From assembly GCA_965202585.1 (NCBI GenBank), contig OZ241826.1:77190001-77254000 (forward strand): a stretch of 64,000 nt of DNA, written 5' to 3'. Below are positions 1-13,638 of this stretch, piece after piece. The stretch is from Thalia democratica (taxonomy: Eukaryota). Position 1 is the stretch's first letter; each line of letters begins with the position of its first letter. The notes under the pieces were generated by a model. That model was not told the origin of the DNA and did not search any database. It saw only the letters and a program-made list of their open reading frames with translations. The position numbers and the translations under genes were made by a program.

Positions 1-1375
1 GTGCTTGAAAGTATAAATAAAGTTTAGTCTGTATAACAAAATATTTATTTAACATTTTAATAATTCTAGATTTCACTAGTATAAATACAGTGTCTAAACA
101 ATTTTTTGTTATTGATCAGTTGAAAGTAAGCGTTTTACTTGTCATTTTACAACTTTTCTCTAGTATAGAGTTAAAAAGTATTTATATGTATTTATTGTTA
201 AGTGATCTCATGTTTCGAACTCAATGCTCTATGCATTACGACTTCTACAGAATAAGTAAGTAACTTGTATCTTAAAAAACAACTAGCAGAATAATAAGTA
301 ACTTATAGCTTACAAAATAAGTAACCTGTTTTTTGTTAAGCTTGATGATCTTCAAGTTTAAACACTTGTAAACTAGCTTCTGTTTTATGTCAAACATATG
401 CTGCTCTACTATTTCAGAAAAGTGTAAAAAAGGTTTAAGCCAAACAAAATATTTTCTAGTTTAAAAAATCGAATTCAGTTGGAAAACTATGTGTTTAATA
501 CAATTTCATTTCAGTATAAAAATGATTAAAAAAAGTTACAGGTTATATTTAAATTAAAAAAAAAACCTGAAAGTTTCAACAATAAACTTGTTTATAAAAA
601 AATAAATTGTACACTTTAATTTTTTTTTTCAAACCTTTAGCAAGTCTACACAAACTTTGTCTACAGCAAAAGTGCGTAAATAAAAAAAAGGTAGAAAATG
701 AACATAATTTAAATTATCTTAAAATTTTTGTTGACTTGTTGTTTTTATGGACTACGAAAAAAAACGCTTATTAAATGACATTAAAAAAAAATATTTCATT
801 TTAATTAGTAGTTAACTTAGTTCTTTATTAAGATAGGAAGGAAAAATATTTTTTAGTGTCAAATTGAGTATATAACACAGTAGAAATAAAATTAAAAATT
901 TAGATTTTATAGACTAAGACTAAGTTTTTTTCAAGTATAATTTTGTTTTTTAGTTTATCCTTACTAGTTTGTTGTTTTAAAAGTTTTAGTTTTGAATTTG
1001 CTTATCAATACAGAATATTTAATTGTATTAGTTGCTGTAATTTTTCTGTGTTTTTTTTAACCTTTTGCTTTTACTATCTACCACTTAACGGTCTACTATT
1101 GTCTCTAACTCGCGGTTATTTAAAAGCCAATAGTTTAAAACTTGACCATTTTAAAGGCAATACTTTTAACTCAATCATACTAAACTCCACCGTATTAAAA
1201 TAAATCAGTTTAAACTTTTAAATGCTAAATTTGTTGTCGTTGAATACATAACATTTTATAACGAAATAAAAACTGTTTTCTTGAAATTAACTAATGTTAC
1301 TGATTACTTTTTTTTGGGTTTTATTAGTTGCTACACAAATGCAATTTTAATAAGTTTCGTATATACTTTTATCAG

Positions 1376-3250
1376 ATACGATGTTGTTTTCTTATTGTTG
1401 TGCCTATAGTAAGTTAATGCACTAATTTCATACATAAACTCAATGTTATTAATTAAGGATTTATTTGAATATTTTTCTAGATGGGATGAAGTTATGGACG
1501 ATGGAAAGCATCTTCATGGTCTATGTGAGATTCTTAAAACAAAGAACTGTAAAAGTTCTTAACTTTAATGTGACACTTTAAGTTTTAAACTTTTTTCAGG
1601 TAATGAACTATGTGAATAAAGCAAGAGTCTTACTTTTTCTAGTAATTATAAAATCAAAATAAAAAGTAAACTTTTAAACTGATAACAAATGTCTTTATGC
1701 TATTTAACAGATGTATTATTAAAATATTCGTTATAAAATTATTATTAAATATTGTGGAGCTTAAAAAGATTATTTAAAAATGGATAACATAAAAAAAACA
1801 ATTCTTAATGTGACGATAATTTGCATTTTAAGTTTATCAAATGTTTTTTGTTTACTTTAATATTTAGTAGTTGTACTGTATTAATTATAAAATTTGATAT
1901 TAAAGTATAACATTTTATTTTCTTTTAAGATACTGACAATGTTTAAACATAACCGTAGTTCACAAATTCATCACATATAATAAACCACCTAAATAGATAA
2001 TATTATAATTTTTTCATCTGAAGAAAAAAATGAAATATATACGTTGAGTAAATAAACTATATCATTTTTAGAAAGAATTTTATACATAAAAAGTTTTTAT
2101 TTTTGTACAAGTATAAATATGGGTTACGCACAAAGCTCATTATTTAGGGCTTGAAAGAAGGAGTTGAAACAATTGTGAATCACGTCAACAAGTTGCAAGT
2201 ATACTGTTTTACCTCATCTTTGTTAATTGCATACTTTGGTAATCAAACTAGTAAACTAAAAGTTAGAATTGTAACATAAAATTTTTTAGACTTACTCAAA
2301 ATTTAACAATAATGCAATTTTAATACGAACGAGTATACTTTAGAAAAACATAAAATATATTAGCAGTTTAAATAAAAAATATACTAAAATAATTAAATTG
2401 TTTACATAACGTATAGTAAGCTATTGATTTAATTTGAAGTTTTTTTTAATTTCTAAAGTCTTGATCATTTGTTCATCAATTAAAATAAAATGTTTTAATC
2501 TAAAATACCTTTTATGTGTTCAACCTTATTTATTTAACTAAAGTTTTTGTTTTTATTATGAAAACGGTAAACTCACCCAAAATAAATCTATAAATCAATT
2601 TTTTTAGTTTAGATTTTATAGTAAGTAAATAAAAGTAACTAGACAGTGGAAAACAGTTTTATTCAAGTTATAATAAAAACGTTAGATTAGAATCTTGAAC
2701 TGTGGTAATTTGATACCAATGAATTTGACAGTAATTTAGTTAAGTAAATTCACTTTTATGTTTAAATTGAAAAAAAAAAATTAATTCATCAAATCTATAA
2801 AAACTATTTAAATTTTTTTTTAAGTTAAATTAGCTCAGTGAAAGGCAAACATCGGCCCTTAAAGCTAAAATCTAATAATTAACTACTCAGAAGAAATCAG
2901 TTTAAAATTATTAATTTTTATTATAAATTCCTAAACTAATATATTTTTCTGATAAAAAATTAGAAATAAGCTTTTTACTTAATAAATAGCAATCACTAGT
3001 TGCTTTATTATTACATATTTTATCACATTTTTTTCTTAAAGTAGTATTGTTTTATTGATTAATAGAACTTTATCAAACAACCGTTGCTTGCGGAATTGGA
3101 TTGTTTGAGTTGTTTATTGAACGAAAAAATAAAGGGACCAAAACGTTAAGTCCAACGAACTGGTGTACAAAAAGCCCTTTTGGTTATCGAGTCATTCACC
3201 ATGGATACAGCTTACTGTTTTGTCCAGGAAAACTTTTTTATACAGTAAGG
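1376..3250 (+). other. Candidate exons of an unidentified plus-strand gene
   Basis: GC-enriched blocks bounded by AG/GT: 1376-1408, about 1481-1523 (WDEVMDDGKHLHGL in one frame), about 2158-2208 (GLKEGVETIVNHVNKLQ), about 3066-3245. No consistent, recognisable protein could be assembled. Confidence 0.3.
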
Positions 3251-3399
3251 TTGGTGAGCCATTTTTAAAATCAGCTTTTTACGTTTAAAAACCCTTGTTT
3301 TAATTAAATCAAAAACAAAATAAAGTTTCTCATACTATTGTTCTATATAATACGTTGTATGTTTTAATAAATTTTCAAAATGTTTTTATCAATCTAGAG

Positions 3400-3762
3400 C
3401 AGGGTTTCCCAAAGTGGGCCAAGTGGCCCCTTAGGGGGCCATAAGCAGCAAAGGGGGAAGAGGGGGGGGGCATGAGTAGTACAGGAGCCACAGGGGGCCA
3501 TGAGGCCATAACTTGTAACTTACACTAGATATGCTTGAGTTGCAGATGAAGAGCAAAAAAAAAAAAAGGTCTTATGTGTATTTTATGATAGTTTAGAAAC
3601 TCACACTAGATATTTTTGAGTTGCAGATGAAGAGCAAAAATAAAAAAAAAAGTCTTATGTGTATTATATCGTAGTTTATGAGTAATCTATATGTTGAAGG
3701 GGGCCATTGCTTTTTCAAACTCTTTAAAGGGGGCCATTTGCAAAAAAGTTTGGGAAACCCTG
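3400..3762. mobile_element. hAT (Charlie-like) MITE with perfect 8-bp TSD
   Basis: TIRs CAGGGTTTCCCAAA / TTTGGGAAACCCTG; TSD ATCTAGAG at 3392-3399 and 3763-3770 (nTCTAGAn preference typical of Charlie hATs); internal tandem duplication of about 80 bp. Confidence 0.92.
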
Positions 3763-4468
3763 ATCTAGAGTTTAAATTTTTTTGATACAGAGAGACCTTA
3801 AATACTATAGTTTAATTAAATGTAAACTGTTATGATTATAATAACTTTGAAACGTATTCTATCTAATATATTTTCATAACAATTTTTATCCATCATCAGT
3901 TTAAAAAAAATTACTAATTAATTTTTAACTAATAAATTTAAAAACACAGTTTTTTGGATCTTGAAATTAAATATGCACCCTTTTTTAAAAACAGAACATT
4001 TAGTTCTTAAAAAAAGTTACAGTTATATTGAGTATTATTACGGAGTCCTAATAAATAGAAATGCCTTTAGTATTTTAAAGTAATTCTTGACAACGACTTC
4101 TTGATATTCATGTAACATATTTTAACATAGCGGCTTTAGCATACAGACTTTAGTTTAAGTAATTAAAGATGTACAGATTTTATTAACTTATTAGTTCAGG
4201 GGTTAGCGAACTGCGGCCAGCGAACAACGAAAATTGAAACCTACACTAGATGTCAGGTATTTCTAAATGAAAAACAAAAAGGCCTTCAATAAGTTTACAT
4301 AAATTTTAAGCTTCCACTTTATGCTCTGGTTATATTTTAAAAAGTAGAAACTAAGACTACAACTACGGCTTGGTTTTTTTCTCAACTTGGTTATCTATTA
4401 CTAAATGCAAGGCATCCCCCTGAACTGGATGGTACTTTTGCTTTAAATATTTACAAACTAGTAAAGAT

Positions 4469-4720
4469 CACGGTTTCCCAAAGTGGGTCATATAGCCCCC
4501 TTGGGAGCCAACGAGAGGGGCTTATGAGTAGTAAAGGGGAAACAAAGGTCATGAGGCCATAGTTTTATACTAACACTAGATATTCTGCATTTAATGGCAA
4601 AAGCAGAAATTTGTCTTAAGTGTATTCAAGGGTAATTTTTTAAGAAATCTTGTCGGAGGGCGTTGAGAGTTTCTTTTTTTGTTAAAGTGGCCTCATGAAA
4701 AACTTTTTGGAATACCCTAG
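4469..4720. mobile_element. Degenerate copy of the 3400 hAT MITE family
   Basis: CACGGTTTCCCAAAGTGGG start, shared core ACACTAGATAT, end TTTTGGAATACCCT; TSD not recognisable. Confidence 0.7.
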
Positions 4721-6566
4721 TATAAATAGTATAAGTAGGATAGATAAAAAACTAGCAAACTTTTGTTTAAGAAACTACAAGTTTGATTCATACACAAGTG
4801 CAGAAAACCAAAAACGCATGCTTTTTAATTTGTCGATACAAAGATAGGTAAAAGAAATATTAAGTCTATATACAACTACAAAACGCAGTAAACTTGTCCT
4901 AGTCCCATATTTAATAGGTACTCTAGTTTGCATTTAGGTCGAAGATAATTTTAAATAATTACACACGAAAGATGAAATAATGTATAAAACATCAAAGTTG
5001 AGTAATTTACAAACGTTCTATTTTGATCATTATAACGGCAGAAAAAGATAGTAAAGCTTGGGTTGAACTCACTTATGCATTCAAAAGATAAATTTGAAAA
5101 TTAAAATGTTTTTTAATTTTTTTTAGTTCCGCATAGTTTTCAATGAAATAGTGAACACAAATTTCAAATTAAAAAGTATAATTTACAAAACTTGATTTTT
5201 TACAACTTGAAATTACACTTAATCTTTAAGAAAATTCTAACAGCTCTATATCAAAACTGTGTGTTGTATTGTCTTATATTTAGACTGTTTTCACAGCATT
5301 TTTGTTATTCATAATATTTTCTACAGGCAAATATTAGTTTAGGAGTTAACTTTTTAAAACCGTCCTACTTTTAAAGATTATGAGATATATATTAAAGGTA
5401 AACATAGCTATTAACAAAATAAAATATATTAAAATAGTTTTATAAAACAGTTCATTTCATAACATATTAAACGTTGCTAGAATTTTAATGCCATCGGTAG
5501 CCTTAAGTTTAAATCTTATTCAAAAGTTGTTTTTTTTTTTTAAGACTTTAAATAGAATTTGTTTAGCTATAAGTATAAATCAATATTTATTGTATTTACT
5601 ATGAGTTCAACATTTTTTTTCAATAGTAGGGTCCTAGTTATATTATAATTTGAAACACTTAATTAAGTTTTTGACTGTTTGAAGCAGTTTTTGAGATTCG
5701 CTTTTGTTTACAATAGGGTACATAGATACTATTTTACTGTGAACTAATGAGTTGGATGACTATTTCTGAATAAATTATAAATTTAATACATTAAAAAAAA
5801 ATTAACTCCACCTTTTTGAGTTTTGAATAATTCAAAATAAAATATAAAGTTCATCATAAAACTAATTAAAGTAATAAAAAATATATACTAAACTAGTAAA
5901 CTCAGGTTTTACATTCTACAGTAATTTTCTAAATAGAACTTAAAAACAATAAGCACATCTGGTAAAAAATAAATTAAACGAAGTAGAATTTACTTTAAGC
6001 TTTCATTTCTTTTAGTAGTATAGTTGAGTTCCAGGAAAAAAGAGACTTTGAACTTTAAAAAGCATGTATGAAGAAAGCATATAACAAACAAATGCTAGTA
6101 CTTTTCAAAAGAGAATTAAAATATTTATTTATATTTTTATGATATACAAATAACCAATAGTTAATAGAAATTCGTAATAGTCTAAAAACAATGTTAACTA
6201 ACGTAAATACTGTTCATAATTTGAAAGTAAAAAGTTTAATGAATGGTAACATTTCTAAAATTTCATTATACTTTCGTAACATTTTGAAAACGCAATAGTA
6301 ACAGTATGTAAAACTTTAAAAATATATTTTAAAAACAATAAAAGCCAATTAAAACATTACCAAATGTTAATTAAACAAACACTTTAAATATTGTTCAAAC
6401 CATTTTTAAGCTATACAAAAAAAAAATTAACACCAACATTTCTATACTAATTAAACTAATAAAAACTTGCGCTAAATCTAAAATACTTTCTTAATAAGTT
6501 AATAAGAGTTTTTTTCTTCTAAAAACGGAGTGATACAAAATTTCCTAACAATATACACAACCACAA

Positions 6567-9500
6567 TTAGAAAGGTTTGTACTTTCTGGACTGGCGCATC
6601 TTCTCGATTTTTTCCTGATCTTCTCTGTACTTTCGCTGCAGTTCTTCTATCTCTGTTTGTTTTGTAAAATACCAATAACTAGTTATCTAACATGGAAATT
6701 TATCATTAAGTTTATACTTCAGTAGTCAGATTAAAGTATGTTATATAAAAAATCAATTCGAAGTGGTTTACAGGGTTGCTACTCTTTGAGTCAAAAAATC
6801 TTCCCTGAGTGACCAGAAACTTCCCTGAGTAACCTTAAACTTCCCTGAGTTTTTTTCAAACCCTTAAAACTACTTTTATTTATTAAATAATTACCATTTA
6901 AATTCTAAGAATATTGAAGAACTTGCCGCAAGGCTAAAAAATTTTAAATAAGCACTTAAATATGAACAAAGTAAACTTTTATGAACAAAATATTGAAACT
7001 GGATTAACTAAATCTCATTCTAGATTTAGAAAAAAAATTCCCTGAGATTTTTGTAAAAATCTTAAAATTTCCCTGAGTTTCGCTGAGATTTTCTACAACT
7101 TTAAAATTCCCAGAGTTTCCCTGAATTCCCTGAGTGTGTGGCAACCCTGAGTTTACGTAAAATACAAAGTTTATTAAAGCTTATTACATTTAAATTATGT
7201 TTTCTATAAACTCTAACAAATGCAAATATAGACGGAGGTGTAACCTAAATTTTAACTTAAGACAAATTTTAAAAATAATAATTAAGTTTTTTGATAAACT
7301 AACTTGCACGTTTTGATTCTCTGGCTTGACTTCCGTATGAGAAAAATTCCTGCAAAAAAAAATTTTTTTTGAAGAAACAGCATTTTAAATTTGTTAATTA
7401 AGTTAGTTTGGATTATAAAATAGAATTAAATTTAAAAGAAATAATACGGTTTAAAATGAACTGATGTATGAAAACAGAAAAAAATTCATTTAGTCAAGGT
7501 TCTATTCAAGATAAACCAATGTTTAGGATTATTTATTTTATAAACAACAAATAAACTCAAATAATATAATTTAATAATAAATAACATATAAAAGTGTCAT
7601 AGACAGGGTTGCCACTTGTTTTTCAAAATTTTTTCCAGGTTTTTCAAATTTCTTCTAGGTTTTTAAAAGTACACATTTTTGGGTCTATTTTAAATTTAAA
7701 GTAAAGTCTAAGGTAAAAAACTGTGTTTAATAGTATAAAAACATAGACAAGATAATGTAAAGCTACTTTAAGTATGTTTTTTATTTAAAAACATTTTGAT
7801 GACGACAACATTTTTTTATTTATATGATAAATTTTTTAAATCAAATCGAAATTTTACTACTAAACATTGGAAAATTGTTCAAAATTCCAAGTTTTTCAGG
7901 CTTTTTCAAAATTTCTCAAATTCCAGGTTTTTCCAGATTTCCAGGTAAAGTGGCAACCCTGCATAGATCACATAATATTTAAATTTTCCTTGCGAAAAAT
8001 GTTAAGCGGTGTAAACTCTGTAACAAAAAAAAACTTATTATATAGTATCAAACACCTAAAAGCTTAAGGAAATTAAGTCTAAGTTTTACAACTAAAATAA
8101 ATGCTAAACGTTTTTTTTTTAAATTTAACAAGTTGTCATTTCCACTGTTGTGTAGTTTTTACTGTTCTTTAGTTGAAAACAAATGAAAAGAGACAGTAAA
8201 ATTTTCGAACAAAACCAACGAGCTGCTTTCTCTTCCGCTGCTTCCTGCTCAACGCGCGCTTCTGGTTGTGCTCCGTGTACGCGAACCCGGAGGTCTTCTT
8301 CTTGGCGTGCACCACCACCTGGAACCCGTCCTCGTCCATTGCGCCCACTTTCTCCTTCTTCTGTTGCTCCTCCTAGCGGTTGGTAAAAAAAAAAACAATC
8401 AGTATTGGCAGCGTGTGTATGTTGTTTGTTAAGTAAGAGAATAAAGTGACAAAAATCCAAAGCTTGGTGTAAATTTTAACTATGCCACGGTGGATTCACA
8501 ATTTTTGTTTATTTTTAATATCGAATTTTATAATTTGGTACGCATAAACAAAAAGCTTTAAATTTAAATAAGGAGTTGCTGTTGTAGTAAAATTAAAAAG
8601 TTTATAAAAAAAGAATTAGGTATCATATCATTATGTAATAACGAGTAACCGAATATACAACTATGTAAAAAATTCAATAAAAAACAACAAGCTAAAACAA
8701 TGCATCATAAGAGTACTCAAAAAATATTTGGCTAAATTTATCAGTAATCTACGAAATACTTTCATTTGTAATATAATACTATATGATTTTTATTGTCAAA
8801 CTGAAACACCAAACAAACTTCAGCCTTCTTTGTGTCGTAATCTTCCATTATTTTGTTGTGAATTTCCAACAATTGTTTGTCTGAGACAAGTTGCGAATTG
8901 TATTCTTCAGCCCACCCTATTATATATACATATATTTGTTTTTAATAATGTTTAACATGTTTTAATTAAATAAAAATTCTTGTTTTTGATTGCTGTCCAT
9001 GTATGTGATAAAAAATATCAACTTTTTTTTTGAAACTATAAAAGTACTATAGGTGGTAATTCATCTTCTTACTTTTGTATTTTTAGTTTAAACCAAGATT
9101 TATAGCAATAAAATATCCATTGTAAAACTTCTAACAATATTAAAGCTAAAGTGTATAACTAATATACAGGGTTGCCACAGATCGAGCTGAAAAAAAATCC
9201 TGAATTTCTTAATTAAAACCGATTAAAAATACATAACCAAAGACTTTAAAAATAAATAATTATAATAAAAGACTTTGATTCATTCCACAAATTGAATTAG
9301 ATTCAGAAAAAAAAACTAATTGCATGGGCAAATTTTTTTAGAATATAGTATTAGAAAAATGCAATCTTTAGTGATGATAAACTTTCTTAAGCATCTTTAT
9401 ATTAATTTTCCTGGTTTTTGACTCTTTTCCTGATTTTGTGGCAACCCTTTTAATACTTTTAATTTAATATAATGTCAATCTTTATTTTAAATTGACAAAC

Positions 9501-12500
9501 AAATGAATGGCAAAAAATTGAAACAAAGTCTAAAAAATTATGTAGTTATTCATGTTAACTTTTGACAGAAAAGCAAATGCACAAGAAATCAGAGTTAAAA
9601 ATTCTTAATATACAAAGAAATAATACAAACACTTAATAATTCCAAAAAAAAGTAAAACCTATAACATATTTATTATTTTTTTTTATATTTTCAAACTTTG
9701 TCTTGGAACCGTTTGTATAAAATATCTTCAAAACTAGTTTGCAAATTTACAAACTAGGACTTTTAACCAACTGTTTGTTAATAAATATTAAAGCTTGTAG
9801 TTAATTATAAAATTTTAGTAGCCAAACAAACACTATAACATTAGAAAAAAATACTACAATAACAATAATATTAATTAATCCCTTTCGTAATTAATATTTA
9901 ATAAGTGCTTTGTCTCAATATTTTATGTTTGTTATAAAGTTAAAAAATAATAAGTGCAAAGTATTCAAATTTTTGAAATCACAATTAATTCATTCCAATG
10001 TACAAAAAATTTCATAAACATTCTTTAAACACTTTGAGCAAACTTAAAAACATCAACTTTTCAACAAACACAACAAACTTTCAACGCCAACAGGGCAGTA
10101 GACACCCAAACTCTCGCAAGAGATCACTTCGGTTTCCTGCAAATATTCCAGTGACCTGTTGAGAGCGCCCTTCGTTTTGAACTGCACGAACGCCACATAG
10201 TCCTCCCAGTACTGGGGAGGAACGTCCTTGCCCATCTCCTCGCCCCTCTCTATTTTGGTGATTACCCCAAACTTTTTGAACATGGCCTTGACTGCCTCCT
10301 GTGGTCATTAAATTTAATGAAAAAATCATACTTTTTATTCTTTTTATATTGATTTTCAATAACTAAGTTGTAATTATTCAATTTTTTTTGTTTCCTAACA
10401 GTTAAAGGAAATTTCTGTAATTAAAAATGAAGCAATGTTATTATGATAAAATAAATTACATAAAATATTTTTGCAAACGTTTCAAGTTTCAATTTATTTA
10501 ATAAATATAATAATAATATAATTTTAAACAACTTGGCAGCTATATAAGTGACTCTATTTATGTACTTATACAGTTGATGGGGTTGAACAGTATCTGTCTA
10601 GACACAAACTTTAAATAATTAATATAGTATATTAATACATGGCAACCACATAGGTCAAATTTTCTGTAATGGTGGACATATGACCTATCTTAGGAAACCC
10701 TGATCTAGTGGTTATTAAATGTTTTATTAAATAGTATGAAGAACAAACTTAAAGAATCATTGCTATAAGCTATTAACTAAAAATACAAAACACTGATTAT
10801 GAATAAGTTGTTTTTCACTTTTCACATAGAGTATTTTAAGTATGATACAACATTGTTTTCGTTATTGGCCTAAGTTACATAAAGCTATTCTAAAAAATTA
10901 GTTTGTTATATTTTTTAAAAAAATTGAATAAGATTTCACTCAACTATAAACTATTTATCATTTTAGCAAAAAATACATAAACAACATCAAATTTAAAATT
11001 ATTTTGTGTAAAACAATTTAACTTACATTAGCTAGCTTTAATACAGGGTTGCAAATGGTTTTAGCAAATTTTCTTCAATAACAGTTTTCTCCAGGTTTTC
11101 AAAATTTATTCCAGGTTTTTAAAATTACACACTTTAGGGTCTATTTTTGTTGAAAATTAAGTTAACAGTAAAAACTGTGTTAAATACTATAACTATATTG
11201 AAAAGATATCTTACAGCTTCTTTATATGTGTTTTTTAATAAAAAATGTTTTTGATGATGACAACAAAATTTAGTCTATACAATAAATCTTTTGTGTCAAA
11301 TCAGAATTTTACTACTGTGTATGTAAAAATTTGTTTAAAATTCCAGGTCTGTTATTGATTTTTAGTCTTTTTTTTACAAAATTTCTCAAATTCTAGGTTT
11401 TTCTAGGTTTGCTAATTTGATAAATTCCAGGTTCTCTCAGCCTAAATTGTTAAATTCCAGGCTTTTCCAGGATTCCAGGTTTTAGGGCAACCCTGTTATA
11501 ATCATGCTACTTGTGGTTTTGTTACCATACATTTTAGTTATAACTTTGTTAAACTACCATAAAACCACTATAAATATAAAGAATAAAATAGCAACATATT
11601 TTAAAAAAGGGTTTATATTTATTTGTCTAAATGTGATAGAATGTTTAAACAAAAAACCTTTTTAGGCATGTACCAAGGAACATTTCTAAGTATCATGGTG
11701 GGCAGATCAGCTTGGTCATATTCTTTAGCAAACATGGGTGTCAGACTTTCAGAAGCTCCAGACTCATAATACTTCATGTTCACCACTAAAAAAAATTAGT
11801 TGAACTAAAACTATGTAATATTTTTGCAGGTTTGCCACTTTACTATAAAAAAAACAGCATGAATTACACCAAGCTAGCCAGAAGCTGTAAGAAAACTTGA
11901 AAAAATAATTAAAAGCTGCCAAAAAACTTATAAATGTTGTTATTTTGACCTAAATATCTATAAGTACCAAAATAATTACAACTGTACTAAATTAAAACCT
12001 GGTTATTAAGAAAACAACCAGCCTGAAATTTACAGGTAAAATTCAAATATCTCTCTGTCAGTATGAGTTTGTCAAAAACTTTAAACTAGTCTGAGTGTAA
12101 GCGACTCTGTTTTTGTTGAAACATGTAATTTAGCCTTTAAGTTAAATTAGTTTAAATTTTTAAGAGAAATAGAAAAAAAAATGTTATACTTCATTTTTTT
12201 TAATTGCTATGGAGCTTTTATATACAGATTGCTCTTTATTCTGTTGATTGCTAACAACTAACAATAAAATTACTGAATAAAAAATCTCTACAGGTATTTA
12301 GTAAAACAGTACATTTAACTAGAATTTAAACTTACTAAGTAATGATAAACGATTAAAATGTTTATAAATTAGAAAAAAACAATTAACTAATTAAATCTGT
12401 TAAGAAAAAATTTGAATAGTAAAAAACAAAACAAAAAGTTAAACATTTTTTTTTTTCCAAAATCTATCAGAATTTTTAATACACAAACACATTGCACAGT

Positions 12501-12697
12501 AGTAACTAAAACAAACTTTGAATAAAAAAAGTTGTTAAAAAAATCAATAACAAAAAACATATTGAAATTTATACCTTCAAAAAAAAAATAAACAGACAAA
12601 TACTGCAGTAATTAATTAATTAAAATTTAATTTAAAAAAATTAAAACAAACCAGTGTAACCAGGCCAGCCCCACTCTTCACCAGTATCTTTAACCAT
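6567..12697 (-). CDS. RRP7A: Ribosomal RNA-processing protein 7 homolog A, 7 exons, 258 aa
   Basis: Exons 12697-12652, 11785-11658, 10298-10079, 8916-8819, 8372-8220, 7349-7304, 6652-6567 join in frame (777 nt), all GT-AG. Protein MVKDTGEEWGWPGYTVVNMKYYESG...PTMILRNVPWYMPKKEAVKAMFKKFGVITKIE...YVAFVQFK...RWAEEYNSQ...IMEDYDTKKAEEEQQKKEKVGAMDEDGFQVVV...QARESKRAKIEELQRKYREDQEKIEKMRQSRKYKPF*. This matches the RRP7 RRM-like N-domain and C-terminal (DEEGWVKV...RESK...FEEDKQRI...RKFRPY) pattern recalled from the human protein. Confidence 0.95.
6771..7149. mobile_element. CAGGGTTGCCA-type MITE (CCTGAG-rich subfamily) in RRP7A intron 6
   Basis: CAGGGTTGCTAC ... GTGGCAACCCTG; subterminal TTCCCTGAG repeats; flanks GGTTTA/AGTTTA (6 bp, 1 mismatch). 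Confidence 0.85.
7604..7961. mobile_element. CAGGGTTGCCA-type MITE (CCAGG-rich subfamily) in RRP7A intron 5
   Basis: Perfect TIR CAGGGTTGCCACTT / AAGTGGCAACCCTG; perfect 6-bp TSD CATAGA (7598-7603, 7962-7967). Confidence 0.92.
9167..9449. mobile_element. CAGGGTTGCCA-type MITE in RRP7A intron 3
   Basis: CAGGGTTGCCACA ... TGTGGCAACCCT; TSD not preserved. Confidence 0.75.
11044..11495. mobile_element. CAGGGTTGCCA-type MITE (CCAGG-rich subfamily) in RRP7A intron 2
   Basis: CAGGGTTGCAA ... GGCAACCCTG; body aligns with 7604-7961; flanks TTAATA/TTATAA. Confidence 0.85.
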
Positions 12698-13638
12698 TTT
12701 GATGTTTTATTTAAACTTGTCCGAAAATTTGTTATAAATCTAGTAAATGAATAATAAAGTGATAATCAAAAGTATAAACTCTATCTTTATTTAGCGCAAT
12801 AATTATTTAAAAACATAAAAATAAGTCTTTTTATATAGTGAAATAAAAAGATTGATCAATACTTTAAAAGTATAATTGTTTAAAAGTTAAGTTGTTGATT
12901 AGCATCTAATAACTGCAAGAATATCCAAAATAATAAGTATTAAAAAGCAACAGATAAAAATATACTTATAAAATCTTATCTTATAAATAAAAATTTAATC
13001 TACAAATATAAATGTAAATACAAGTGCTTATTTATCACTAAATAGTCGAAGTATTGTTTTTTAAATGAAAAGATATATGTCAAATTAGTAAAAATTTTAA
13101 ATTATTTAAAGCTTTACTTAAAATGTGGCTTCAGTGTAGAACATATTGAATTTATATTAATTTATGCCAATATTTACAACAATTTTATATTATTATTAAA
13201 CTAAATTTTTTATTGCAAGTTTAATAAAAACAAAAAAAATCCTACTAATCTAATAAAAATATACTTTACATCTTTGAATCATTTTCATTTAAAACAGAAA
13301 AATGTTTAGCAGAAGCACAAAATTTCCTTTTTTTTGAGTACCACAAGATGTATTCATATTTGTTTAATTAGTACAAAATATATTTGTTACACTATTTCTT
13401 AAAACAAAACAGTTCTTATGTTAATTTTGTACATAATTTCTAACAAAAAGAATCTATAGCTGTAGTTTAGTTATCTATTGAATGTATAACTATTTAAATT
13501 ATAAGAAACAAAATTTAAATGTTAAATTTTTGTATAACTTAGATATGGTACAATTTTAAGTTATAAGATTATTAAATGTGCTTAATTATCAAACTTGATG
13601 TACTTATAATATTTACTCAACTATATTGGTGTCTAATT

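Noticed and set aside
943-1203. F/L/S-rich ORFs here and at 12387-12599, 31890-32183, 60874-61083
   Set aside because: Low-complexity T-rich frames with non-ATG starts and no coding signal.
6795-7150. TTCCCTGAG and TTCCAGG repeat runs as a CRISPR-like array
   Set aside because: Irregular subterminal repeats of MITEs in a eukaryotic intron; no constant repeat-spacer period.
7867-8067. ORFs 7867-8067 and 21824-22018 as transposases
   Set aside because: They lie in short non-autonomous repeats; no DDE or transposase features.
8125-8460. Track ORFs 8125-8460(-), 8183-8386(+), 8728-8955(+), 10081-10359(-)
   Set aside because: Wrong-frame or antisense shadows of RRP7A exons 3-5.
6567-12697. Non-canonical (non GT-AG) introns as in some appendicularians
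   Set aside because: Every reconstructed intron in the four spliced genes is GT-AG.
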